Below, piece by piece: positions 10,748 through 19,890 of a stretch of 64,000 nucleotides of DNA (position 1 is the first letter of the stretch; every line of letters starts with the position of its first letter). The stretch comes from Clostridia bacterium (GTDB taxonomy: Bacteria > Bacillota > Clostridia > CAKSNL01 > HGM11501). Under the pieces are notes generated by a model, which saw only the letters and a program-made list of their open reading frames with translations, was not told the DNA's origin and ran no database searches. A program made the position numbers and the translations under genes. The stretch lies in assembly GCA_045545475.1 (NCBI GenBank), contig JAZQAZ010000041.1:32001-96000 (forward strand). The letters are read 5' to 3'.

Positions 10748-10775
10748 TTATACTATCACGAAAAAAAAAAGTCAA
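10748..10775 (-). promoter_or_regulatory. sigmaA promoter of module copy 1
   Basis: TTGACT, 17 bp spacer containing a T10 run, TATAAT on the minus strand. Confidence 0.75.
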
Positions 10776-10860
10776 TATCTATTTAAATTATGACACAATT
10801 TAATAAATTTCAAAATAAGTAAAACGGCAATTCTTGCACAAACTAAGCCTTAAGAATAAC

Positions 10861-10899
10861 AAAAGAGGCTTGTCGATGAAACCACCGACAAGCCTCTTT
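10861..10899 (-). terminator. Intrinsic terminator of module copy 2
   Basis: AAAGAGGCTTGTCG...CGACAAGCCTCTTT inverted repeat. Confidence 0.8.
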
Positions 10900-10900
10900 A

Positions 10901-13825
10901 TTACTTTGTTATTGTAATTTCCCTTGTTTCGCCGTTCCACTCAACCTTATAGCCGAGCTGTTCAGATACGAATCTTAAGGGGATAAAGGTTCTTCCGTCG
11001 TAAATTCTGGGAGGTGCAATTAAAGTATATCTTACCTTATCGTACTTTGCAGGATCGCCGTCGGATACATACACACGATCATCCCATATTCTCATTGTTA
11101 TGGTAATTTTACCTTTTCCGTCTTCTTTGGTTATGCCTATCTCCTGCTTTTCGCCGTCCCAGGTAATAGTTGCTCCCATTTGTTCAAGAAGAACACGAAG
11201 AGGAATAAATGTGATATCGCTCTTTATAAAGGGCGCAACATCGCTTGTTACTGTGTAAGCTTCTCCTGCCTTTTCGGCTAAAATTTCATTTTTACCGATG
11301 GTAAGAACATACTTTTCACTTTCTGACTTTATGAAGCTTTCCTGTCCTTCCTTGCTTCTGTAAACGGAAATTTCAGATGCTGATATACCGTCGCCGATTC
11401 CTGTGTAAACAGTAATTTCAACATACTTTGCCTTTGCGGGAGCAGGAAGATATATAATCTGCTCACGAAGAGCCTTTTCCATCTTTCCTCCGCTTAAGGC
11501 AAGGTCATAGTTTTCGCCGTCCGTGCTTACCGCTATGTCAAAGTCCTCCCACAGACCGCTGAATGCGTAGTGTCTTAAGGGGAATACGGAAATAGCCGCA
11601 ATTTCTGTTTCGGTGGGAAGTGTGATTTTTATGGTGTCGCCCTTCTTACCTGTCCAGTTTGTTGTATAAATTCCGTCATTAAGCTTCTTTATCTGCTCGC
11701 CCGCAGCATCTTCAACAACAGCATTTTCAATTTCGTGTATTCTCACCGAATCATATGCAGAAGCTTCCACGGTTTTAAGCTTTTCGTCGGCTGCGAAGAA
11801 ATTAACTTCCGCCATCATTCCGTAGCCTGCAGGAGTTTCCTTTATCACAACCTTAAGACGCTTTACAATAACATTTGCATGGAATGCTACATACATATCT
11901 CTTTCGGTTTTATCACCTGTGTATTCTCCGATGTGATAAAATTCTCCTGTATCATCGCCGGATACATAAACATCATATAAAGTCGGTCTTCCTCCGACAG
12001 AATCCTGACGTGGAGTCATAACGAAGCCCGAAAGTGCCACAGCCTCTTTTGCCGTAAAGAGCATATCGTGTGGAGGATCTACCTTGCTTGTAATTGTCGA
12101 GCCTTCGTTGGTATAATCGGAATGCCAGTAGCTTTTCTTGTTGCCGTCAAGCGCTCTGTCAAGTTGCTGCCCTTCCTTTGCATTTGATGCAACCGCTGTC
12201 CAGTTTTTCTGAGGAACTATTTTTACGTTTCCGAAGTAGGTATCATCACTGCTTGTGGCAAGAGATGCCATAGCACTTCCCGTCGGAACCGTTCCGTCCT
12301 GTCCTTCTCTGAAGTCAACTTCTCCGGCAGTTGCGAAACCTCCGTTACTCTGTGTAATTTCAATTACAATTTTCTTTGCAAGATAAGTTGTTCCAAGGTC
12401 TATAAAAGCGTCATTTTTTTCCTCTGCATTTATAGTTCCGCTTTTTATCAGAACGGGAGTTTTATCATCATTTTCTGCTGCATATATGTTATACTCTTCC
12501 CATCTTCCCGTTGCAAGATCCTGACGGGGGCTATATATAATAGCATTTATATTTCTTGCCACAGGGAAAGTAAATGTAAGTCTGAATGGTGCTTCGTCAC
12601 GGCTTACGATTGTGCTTCCTTCTGCAGTATAGGCTGAATGCCAGTAGGAATTTCTGTCGCCGTCAATAAGCTTTTTAAGAGAATCATCAGCACCGCTTCC
12701 CTCTATTTTCCACTTCGTCTTATCAGCGCCCTCGCTTGTTGCCTTTTCCGGTTCGCCCAAATCAGCTGTGCCGCCATAACTTTCGGGAGAAACGGTATCA
12801 ACGCCGTCTTTCGCTTTTATAAAATTCATTTCAGCGCAGGTGCCGTAGCTTGCCGAGCTTTCAACTATTTCATACTTAATCTTTTTCACTTCAATATTCT
12901 TTGAAAATTCAGCCACCTTATCAGAGGCATCATCCTTTGCCGTGCCCTTATAAATAAGTACATATGGAGATGAGTCGCTGCTTGCTGCGTAGATATTGTA
13001 TTTTGTTGCACGTCCCACATTCATATCCTGACGGGGTACATAGACAACGCCCGATATTGCAGTGGATGCCGGGAAGGTGTATTCCAATGTGAAAGGCGGG
13101 AAACCATTCACGTCTCCGTCCTTTCTTACATAGCTGTGCCAGTAAGTACTCTTATCTCCGTCGATAGTGTTTTCAGCCTTGTAAAAGTTATCTGTAACAA
13201 CGCTTGAAACAGAAACTTTTACTCCTTTTAAATCAACGCCGTCAAAATTCTTCTTAAGGTCTACACCGTTAACGGTAAATTCCTTTATAGGCTCGCCATC
13301 CGGCTTAACACCGTTTTTTCCCTTTAAGAAGCCAAGCTCTGCTGCAGTGCCGTATTTTCCCTCGCTGGCGAAAATTTCAAGTACAGCAACCTTTGCCCTG
13401 TAGGTTTTATCGAAGTTTGCAACATATTCCGTTTTATATCCTATTGCAATATAGCCTGTATGTACCGCAACCGGTGTGTCTGTTTCATTTTCCGCGAGAT
13501 ACATTGTATAGCCGTGAATTCTTCCAAGCTGCATATCCTGTCTGGGTGTGTAGCAAAATCCCGATATATCACGCACGTCTGGGAATTTCACGGTAATTCT
13601 GTAGGGTGCTTCATGGCGGGCTGTAATTACGCCGTTTTCAGCCTCATAGTATGAGTGCCAATAGGTGTTTATATCGCCATCTATTATATTTTTTATGGAA
13701 TTCTGATAGGATTCGCCGGTAACTTCCCAGGAAGCTTTATCAGTATATTCATTATCTGCCGCAAGGGACATAAATGTTCCCATTGCAAGGGTAAGAGCAA
13801 TTAAAAGTGCTAATATTTTCTTCAT
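10901..13825 (-). CDS. Secreted protein with 5 F5/8 type C (CBM32-like) domains and C-terminal stalk domain
   Basis: Signal peptide; four DG-x(5)-WHS...PRQD repeats plus a divergent fifth (NDGIYTTNW); C-terminal RTFIPLRFVSEQLGYKVEW. Confidence 0.85.
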   Translation of the reverse strand: MKKILALLIALTLAMGTFMSLAADNEYTDKASWEVTGESYQNSIKNIIDGDINTYWHSYYEAENGVITARHEAPYRITVKFPDVRDISGFCYTPRQDMQLGRIHGYTMYLAENETDTPVAVHTGYIAIGYKTEYVANFDKTYRAKVAVLEIFASEGKYGTAAELGFLKGKNGVKPDGEPIKEFTVNGVDLKKNFDGVDLKGVKVSVSSVVTDNFYKAENTIDGDKSTYWHSYVRKDGDVNGFPPFTLEYTFPASTAISGVVYVPRQDMNVGRATKYNIYAASSDSSPYVLIYKGTAKDDASDKVAEFSKNIEVKKIKYEIVESSASYGTCAEMNFIKAKDGVDTVSPESYGGTADLGEPEKATSEGADKTKWKIEGSGADDSLKKLIDGDRNSYWHSAYTAEGSTIVSRDEAPFRLTFTFPVARNINAIIYSPRQDLATGRWEEYNIYAAENDDKTPVLIKSGTINAEEKNDAFIDLGTTYLAKKIVIEITQSNGGFATAGEVDFREGQDGTVPTGSAMASLATSSDDTYFGNVKIVPQKNWTAVASNAKEGQQLDRALDGNKKSYWHSDYTNEGSTITSKVDPPHDMLFTAKEAVALSGFVMTPRQDSVGGRPTLYDVYVSGDDTGEFYHIGEYTGDKTERDMYVAFHANVIVKRLKVVIKETPAGYGMMAEVNFFAADEKLKTVEASAYDSVRIHEIENAVVEDAAGEQIKKLNDGIYTTNWTGKKGDTIKITLPTETEIAAISVFPLRHYAFSGLWEDFDIAVSTDGENYDLALSGGKMEKALREQIIYLPAPAKAKYVEITVYTGIGDGISASEISVYRSKEGQESFIKSESEKYVLTIGKNEILAEKAGEAYTVTSDVAPFIKSDITFIPLRVLLEQMGATITWDGEKQEIGITKEDGKGKITITMRIWDDRVYVSDGDPAKYDKVRYTLIAPPRIYDGRTFIPLRFVSEQLGYKVEWNGETREITITK

Positions 13826-13840
13826 TTTAAGTCCCCTCCT

Positions 13841-16522
13841 TTAGTTTAAGTAAGTTGCCGCAGTTTCTGCAACAGCTGTATTAATATCCGCTCTTGACAA
13901 AGCAACAGCACCGCTTGAAAGCGTTACTGTCTTGAAGCCAAAGCATTCTGAAAGCAGGCTTACGGGAATTAATACAAGTCCGTTTTCTTCAATTATTGTA
14001 TTTGAAAGCACGGTGTATTTTCCGTTTACGTGGGCAAAGCCCTCTCCAACCTTGGCGTAAACATGCATATCGTTTACGATTGTTTCATTTTCAAGACCGT
14101 GGTTTTTAAGAAGTACCATTTTTTCTTCCGCATCCATATATACCTTGGATACGCCGTATCCTAGAATTTCTTCAACGGCTGTCATGTGAAGATAAATATT
14201 TCCGTTTATTTCCTTTGCAAAAATTCTTGTGTCGGGCTCATAAACGTTCATAACAGCACCTGATACAGCCATTTTGTTTGAGCCTGCCTTAATAACGGTT
14301 GTTCCTTTAAGTGCGGCTCTTTCCGAAGCTGTCATCGTCTTTAAGTCAATTGTTGTATAGAGATAGTTAAAGCGACCTGCGGGAGCAACAACGCCGTGCT
14401 CGTAAAATCTTAAAATATCGCCGTTTTCTTCCGATGCATCTGCCCACTTAAATTCAAACTGAGCATAATCTCCGCCAATTAAACTCTTAGGAAGTGCAAT
14501 CTGAAGGATGTTACCCTTTACTGTGTAAGCAGCTTTGCCGATTTCGTTCCAGGTATATCCGCCGGCATTTGCTGAAACTGCTCCCATAGCGTTTAAGTTA
14601 AGAGCATAGTCATATCCTTCCCAGCCTGTTGCACGGTTTCTGTCGGTATTAAGATAAAGATGGAAGCTCTTACCTTCGTTTATCTTTATATCTTCCAAGG
14701 TTTCTGCATAGAAATAGTAATGATCCGAATCCCTTGCAACCTTAGATTTTATTATGCTATTTTCAACTGTATTGGTATAGGTGTTTCCGTGTGCTGCAGA
14801 ATCTCTCACATATTCAATCTTATCGTTTCTGTATTCAGGTAAAACTGATGCCCAATCTGTTGCATTACCGTTTATGTCAATTGTAATTTCAGCAGATGCT
14901 GTTGCAACCTTTCTTACGCCCTTATATTTTCTTATAAAGTCGCAAAGCAGGTTATAATAATCGTCACGAAGTGCTCCCTTTACAGGCTCGATATCACGGC
15001 TGTTTTCAGAGTCATAAAGATCAACAAAGCCGTTTGCCCATTTTCCTCCATAGTTATTCTGACGGTTTGTCTTGAATTCGTTCCAACCGTCAATCATTAT
15101 GAATGTGGGATCAATTTCCAGAGCACGGGAAATCTGTTCTTTAAAGAAATAACCCTCGTTCATGGCACCTGAACGGTAATCTTCACCGAAGGCCTCGGTA
15201 TAGCTTCTTCCCTTGGCATAAGGATCTGAGAAGCACCAGGTTCCGCTTCCGACATAGGAGTGGTTTCTCGCAATACCTGCTGTGGTAAATTCAACTCTTC
15301 CGTCTCTTTCTCCCCTTGCCTTTTGCGGATAGTCTTCAAGCCATTCCCATTCGTTGGCGTGATCACGGTTTGAGAAGTGTTCTTTTACTTTAGCCATAAG
15401 ATACTTATCTTCTGTTGAGCATGTAGCAGAATCTATGGCATTTTCTATTTCGCCGAAGATTAAAGGCTTTCCGTCACGGTAATACCAGATGTCGGAATAA
15501 TCATCCTCAACAAAGAAGTTAAGATAATATGCCTTTGCCTGCTTAATTGCCCAATCCCAGTAGTTTGAGGTGTAACCCGAAATTCTCGGAATGTCAACGC
15601 CCGCTTCCTTAGCATCACGAAAAGCCTCGGCCATAACCTTAGTTTGCTTTAAGAAGATATAGTCCGCATTGGACCAGTCAAAGAAAAGTGCATCAACCCC
15701 GGCGTTTGCAAGCATTTCGGCATGACGACGATATACCCAGTAGTCATTGCTTCCGTAAAAACCGAAAAGAGGTTCATCCCAATAAAGCACACTCGCTCTG
15801 CTTCCGAGCTCCCACGCCTTATTGTAATAGTCATCCTTTGCTTCGGGATGTGCCTTTATTACATTTTCAATAATATAGGCATCGGCTATATCATAAGCAG
15901 TATGCCATGTCCAGTAAAGCACACCTATTTCTCTTTCGCCTTCTTTAACTTCTCCTGCCTCTTCATAGGACGCAACAGTTCTTCCGAGAGCATCGGTTGC
16001 AACCCAGGTATCAGAGAAGTTATCAACTATTTTTTCATCGGGAACAAATCTTGTTTCCGCTCTTTTATACTCTTCCTTTGAAAGCGTAAGGCTCTTTATA
16101 TAAACCTTATAACTCTCAAATTCGTTAAGGCCGTAGCATGAATATATGTAAAGATCGTGAGCACCCGATATTTCCTTATCAACAGGAACAGAGAAGGTGG
16201 TCTTTTCATCATCTCCCACGGTGATAACGCCAAGCACCTCTCCGGTCTTGGGATTGTCGGCACGAACCATAAATGCATCGCCGTTTCTGCCTCCGCCCCA
16301 GAATGCATTCATATGAAGTGACTTAACGCCCGTCAGATCCACATTCTTAAAACAGATGTAGCCTCCTGCGGGAATCCACGCTCCGCTTCCGGAGATTACT
16401 TCCTTTTCACTTTGCTCTGCACTTATGCTCTCTGCATTAAGCACAGTTTCTCCTGCAGCCATTATTCCAACCATCTGTAAAGCCAGAATCAATGTAAGCA
16501 GGATGCAAACAAATTTTTTCAT
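13841..16522 (-). CDS. Secreted GH99/GH71-like glycoside hydrolase with CBM6-like and stalk domains (paralog of 7958-10675)
   Basis: Signal peptide; FKNVDLTG...SGAHDLY; DTWVATDALGR, EPLFGFY, HAEMLANAGVD, GWNEF, RDIEP, NRATGWEGYDY. Confidence 0.7.
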   Translation of the reverse strand: MKKFVCILLTLILALQMVGIMAAGETVLNAESISAEQSEKEVISGSGAWIPAGGYICFKNVDLTGVKSLHMNAFWGGGRNGDAFMVRADNPKTGEVLGVITVGDDEKTTFSVPVDKEISGAHDLYIYSCYGLNEFESYKVYIKSLTLSKEEYKRAETRFVPDEKIVDNFSDTWVATDALGRTVASYEEAGEVKEGEREIGVLYWTWHTAYDIADAYIIENVIKAHPEAKDDYYNKAWELGSRASVLYWDEPLFGFYGSNDYWVYRRHAEMLANAGVDALFFDWSNADYIFLKQTKVMAEAFRDAKEAGVDIPRISGYTSNYWDWAIKQAKAYYLNFFVEDDYSDIWYYRDGKPLIFGEIENAIDSATCSTEDKYLMAKVKEHFSNRDHANEWEWLEDYPQKARGERDGRVEFTTAGIARNHSYVGSGTWCFSDPYAKGRSYTEAFGEDYRSGAMNEGYFFKEQISRALEIDPTFIMIDGWNEFKTNRQNNYGGKWANGFVDLYDSENSRDIEPVKGALRDDYYNLLCDFIRKYKGVRKVATASAEITIDINGNATDWASVLPEYRNDKIEYVRDSAAHGNTYTNTVENSIIKSKVARDSDHYYFYAETLEDIKINEGKSFHLYLNTDRNRATGWEGYDYALNLNAMGAVSANAGGYTWNEIGKAAYTVKGNILQIALPKSLIGGDYAQFEFKWADASEENGDILRFYEHGVVAPAGRFNYLYTTIDLKTMTASERAALKGTTVIKAGSNKMAVSGAVMNVYEPDTRIFAKEINGNIYLHMTAVEEILGYGVSKVYMDAEEKMVLLKNHGLENETIVNDMHVYAKVGEGFAHVNGKYTVLSNTIIEENGLVLIPVSLLSECFGFKTVTLSSGAVALSRADINTAVAETAATYLN

Positions 16523-16555
16523 AATTTTATTCCTCCTTTTTTAATGTCTATTATT

Positions 16556-16584
16556 ATTTTACCACAAAAAAATGTCCTTTTCAA
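16556..16584 (-). promoter_or_regulatory. sigmaA promoter of module copy 2, overlapping the upstream gene's terminator hairpin
   Basis: TTGAAA-17-TG-n-TAAAAT; hairpin AAATGTCCTTT...AAAGGACATTT at about 16570-16600. Confidence 0.6.
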
Positions 16585-16611
16585 GGACGAAAGGACATTT
16601 TTCAGGTACTT

Positions 16612-17952
16612 TTAGATACAAACGTAAATTATATCTTCAATGGGGTTTTCTACGCTGTCAAGACGAAGAAGGACTCCGCTTGAGGCATTGATGCAGAGGC
16701 CGATAGTGTCAGTTCCTTCGTTTATAAGATGCTGAAGACCGTCTTTTCCCGATACCTCGTATATTCTCATCTTTTCTTTAAGCTTAATACTGAAGGTGTT
16801 TCCGACATTATAGTCACGGTTAAGAATGTAGATGTAATTATTTCCATATCCGTCTTTGAATGTCCCCACAGAGCATCTTTTGGGAAGACTTTCCATATCA
16901 AAAATGTCGGATGTGCCGATGTCTTCCCTGAAGTGTGTGTTGAAATATTCGTCTTCTTTAAGCACTTCATCACTGTGGTATATATGCTCACTTGTCAAAG
17001 CCATAAAGGTTTTGCCGAGCTGTTCCGCTTCTCCTAAGGCCTCTTTTATTGTATCGTAGAAATATTCCTTTTCTCCCTCAAAGGAAAGCATTTTACGGGG
17101 TTCATCATATCCGTCGGGCCCGCAGCCGCAGCCCGTAGCACCGTATACCTGAAGTGCCTTTGCTCCGTACATAAGAGCATAGAAAATCTGAAGGCGAATC
17201 TGTCCCTTTTCAAGGAGCTGGGGATAGTTTTTATGCGTTCTTATTGCTGACCAGTAAAACCAGAAGGGCGTATTCCTCTTAAGGGACTCTTCCCTTGCAA
17301 CGCCCAAATCCTTCCATAAAAGGGAATTGTCAAGCTGATCTTCTGTGTTTGCATTTATGGGCGGTGCACCGTAGGGATAATGGTCAAAGCACACAACGGG
17401 AGGTTTAACTTCATCAAGGAATTTCTTGACATAATAAGGATATAAATTATTCTTCCAGTTATATTTCGGATTGTACCATGGATTGTAAATTGCAAGATTT
17501 AATTTCCCCGGAGCATGCTTGAAAAACCAGTCCGTCTGCTCTGCGGCTGAGGCTATATCCTCATCCTCCCATGGCTCATCCCATATGTAATAGCCTTTTA
17601 CGCAAGGCTCATCCCCATAAAGCTTTATGACATTTATAACATCCTCTTCCGTGGTCTTAAGGCGGGGCTTACACTGGAAGCCTCCGAAAAGGTCTAAATT
17701 CTGCACAATTAAATCAAGTCCCTCTTCGTTGCAGACCTTTATGGCCTTGGGAATTGTATCGGGATGCGTCCACCCAAGCTCAATCTGATTAAGGTGAGCT
17801 TCCTTTAAGTTTTTGATTATTCGCTCTGTTGCTTCATAGCTTAAATCCTCTGAGCTTTTTCCCGCAACCTTAAATGTGGAAATGATGAATTTATCCTGAC
17901 GGTAGTCTCTTAAAGGATTTCCTATAGGTGCATAGGTAAGTTTTTTGGTCAT
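16612..17952 (-). CDS. Uncharacterised cytoplasmic glycoside-hydrolase-like TIM-barrel protein
   Basis: GYYIWDEP, CFDHYP and ALMYGAK motifs shared with 18056-19258; no signal peptide. Confidence 0.5.
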   Translation of the reverse strand: MTKKLTYAPIGNPLRDYRQDKFIISTFKVAGKSSEDLSYEATERIIKNLKEAHLNQIELGWTHPDTIPKAIKVCNEEGLDLIVQNLDLFGGFQCKPRLKTTEEDVINVIKLYGDEPCVKGYYIWDEPWEDEDIASAAEQTDWFFKHAPGKLNLAIYNPWYNPKYNWKNNLYPYYVKKFLDEVKPPVVCFDHYPYGAPPINANTEDQLDNSLLWKDLGVAREESLKRNTPFWFYWSAIRTHKNYPQLLEKGQIRLQIFYALMYGAKALQVYGATGCGCGPDGYDEPRKMLSFEGEKEYFYDTIKEALGEAEQLGKTFMALTSEHIYHSDEVLKEDEYFNTHFREDIGTSDIFDMESLPKRCSVGTFKDGYGNNYIYILNRDYNVGNTFSIKLKEKMRIYEVSGKDGLQHLINEGTDTIGLCINASSGVLLRLDSVENPIEDIIYVCI

Positions 17953-18055
17953 AACAATTCCCCCAATAAATTTAAGTTTATTTCAGTATATCACAAAAAA
18001 GGTTAAAAGCAATAGTAAAAAACGAAACGTTTTTATAAAAAAGCCGCAGCTTCCC

Positions 18056-19258
18056 TTAGCATATCTTGATTAATCCCCCTTCTCCGGGCTGAAGATTTAC
18101 TGTCAGCTTTTTTCCTGACAGTATAAAATCTCCCTCAGAATATAACGAAAGCGCCTCCTTTGAATAAATTGTAAGGCTGTTTTCGTTTTTATAATCGTAG
18201 TTTACAAGATAGATATATCCGTCTTCAAAAAAGCCTGCCACGGCATTTTTACCCTCGATTGTTTCTATGGCGCCGAAGGAGGTAAATTCCTCCGCGCCCT
18301 TTTCCCCTGTTCCGATATGGAAGACAGCCAAAGACTCCTTATCAAAAAGGATATCTCCTATGGGCTTTATTATTTTGTTTATTGCCTGCGCATCATAATA
18401 ATGCGCCATCTTATTTCCTTCACGGTCGCAGAAGGCGTTGTCCCACCGCCAGAAATCATCATAAGGCACCAGCCAGTAGGTAAAGTAGGAAATCCTCTTC
18501 ATTCCGTAGGCAAGGCTCATATTCACTTCCCATGATATTTCGGCTCTCGTTAAATCACGGTAAGGGCCGTGGCAAATTAAAAGCACTATAAGCATTGCGG
18601 GGATGTTGTACTTTTTGGCTTTTTCGCGCACCATTGAGATATTTTCAAAAAATCCGCCTCTGTCATCCTCTTTTTCTGCCGCTATGCGAATAAGTCTTTC
18701 ACGCTCCGAAATACCTGAGTCTGATTTTATCTCATCCCTTGCATCACGGCCGCGGAAATGATAGTGGTCATAGCTTATGAATGGTGGCTTTACGATTTTT
18801 ATGAATTCTTCAAGATATTCTTCATAGCCCTCTGTTCCGAGCTGCTTGTTACTTGCATAGTTGGGGAAAAGATTTATAACGCATTTCCTTTCGCTGTCAT
18901 AACGGCGGAAAGCATCAACCATTTTTGAAAGAATGGAAAAATTCTCTTTTCCCGGCTCATCTGTTAAATCGTAGCCTATCACAGTAGGACAGTCCTTATA
19001 CTCAGAAACTATGCGCTTTACAATTGCTTCAACTTTATCCTCTGCATTTTCCCAGTATGCATTTTTCAGCTCCGCATCCTCCACATATGCCCTTATTCCG
19101 TATTTTTCAAGGAGCGGAATTACCTTTTTATTTACTTCATATCCGAAATTAAGTGTTGCCAGAGTTATGCCCGCTTCTGCCATATCGCGGATACACTCTT
19201 CCTTTACAGCGTGTTCGCCATCCGGCCCGTAAAAATATGTAATATCAAATTTATCCAT
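18056..19258 (-). CDS. Uncharacterised cytoplasmic glycoside-hydrolase-like TIM-barrel protein
   Basis: GYDLTDEP, INLFPNYA, ISYDHY, SLAYGMKRISYFTYW; distant paralog of 16612-17952. Confidence 0.5.
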   Translation of the reverse strand: MDKFDITYFYGPDGEHAVKEECIRDMAEAGITLATLNFGYEVNKKVIPLLEKYGIRAYVEDAELKNAYWENAEDKVEAIVKRIVSEYKDCPTVIGYDLTDEPGKENFSILSKMVDAFRRYDSERKCVINLFPNYASNKQLGTEGYEEYLEEFIKIVKPPFISYDHYHFRGRDARDEIKSDSGISERERLIRIAAEKEDDRGGFFENISMVREKAKKYNIPAMLIVLLICHGPYRDLTRAEISWEVNMSLAYGMKRISYFTYWLVPYDDFWRWDNAFCDREGNKMAHYYDAQAINKIIKPIGDILFDKESLAVFHIGTGEKGAEEFTSFGAIETIEGKNAVAGFFEDGYIYLVNYDYKNENSLTIYSKEALSLYSEGDFILSGKKLTVNLQPGEGGLIKIC

Positions 19259-19324
19259 AGCTTCACTCCCCTATAGAATCAGTTAACGATTCAGATTTCT
19301 ATGTTTTTGAGATAATCCGCAGAC

Positions 19325-19407
19325 GAAGACAAGGGGACGGTTCTATTGTCTCATCGCATCACATACCGTAACAGTTTTCAAGACAGCAGAACCGTCCCTT
19401 TGTCTTC
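19325..19407. repeat. REP-like inverted-repeat pair
   Basis: GAAGACAAGGGGACGGTTCT (19325-19344) and AGAACCGTCCCTTTGTCTTC (19388-19407), 19/20 complementary. Confidence 0.75.
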
Positions 19408-19420
19408 AGCTACGAAGTAA

Positions 19421-19495
19421 TTTAGCGTGCATCAGCACATTTAGCTCGCCGTAGGCGAATTTAGCTGAATAGATTTAACTTTGTTAAATCTATTC
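19421..19495. repeat. Composite short-palindrome element
   Basis: TTTAGC occurs three times, separated by mini-hairpins GTGC-atca-GCAC and TCGCC-gta-GGCGA, followed by a perfect 13-bp inverted repeat GAATAGATTTAAC/GTTAAATCTATTC. Confidence 0.6.
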
Positions 19496-19534
19496 TACCA
19501 TATATTCCCGCCAAATTCAAGAGGCTGATATCCA

Positions 19535-19570
19535 AAAGAACACGGACTTCTTTGGAAGTCCGTGTTCTTT
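19535..19570 (-). terminator. Terminator after azlD
   Basis: AAAGAACACGGACTTC...GAAGTCCGTGTTCTTT. Confidence 0.8.
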
Positions 19571-19878
19571 CACATAAATTTCATTATTGTTTCTGCAATA
19601 AAAACTGTGATGCAGCCTGCCGCCGCAACGGTAAGTAAGCTCTTTTCCATATAGGAAAGAATGAGTGCCACCAAAAAGCCGGAAAGTGCCGAAATCCACG
19701 ATTCCGTAGAATAAAAAATCGCAGGAATTGTCATTACCGTAAGTACCGCATAAGGCACATAATAAAGAAATGACAAAACAAATCTCGATTTAATTTTTTT
19801 CTTGAATAAAACAAGGGGAAGCATTCTTATAAGATATGTAATTCCCGCCATTACCAAGAGATAAATCCAAAAACTCAT
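19570..19878 (-). CDS. azlD: AzlD domain branched-chain amino acid exporter subunit
   Basis: TYLIRMLPL...FLYYVPYAVL motif; small hydrophobic protein directly after azlC. Confidence 0.88.
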   Translation of the reverse strand: MSFWIYLLVMAGITYLIRMLPLVLFKKKIKSRFVLSFLYYVPYAVLTVMTIPAIFYSTESWISALSGFLVALILSYMEKSLLTVAAAGCITVFIAETIMKFM

Positions 19879-19890
19879 ACCTACGCCTCC

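Noticed and set aside
5566-13825. Diversity-generating retroelement or recombinational shuffling among the discoidin genes
   Set aside because: No reverse transcriptase or recombinase; differences in the shared C-terminal DNA are mostly synonymous and not adenine-specific.
5566-16522. Cellulosome scaffoldin/dockerin system
   Set aside because: No cohesin repeats or duplicated Ca-binding dockerin motifs seen.
4245-19258. Integrated mobile element or genomic island
   Set aside because: No integrase, transposase, att repeats or tRNA target; no evident compositional break by eye.
19325-19495. CRISPR array or riboswitch
   Set aside because: Repeats are inverted or only 6 nt, without regular spacers or cas genes; no aptamer motif I recognise.
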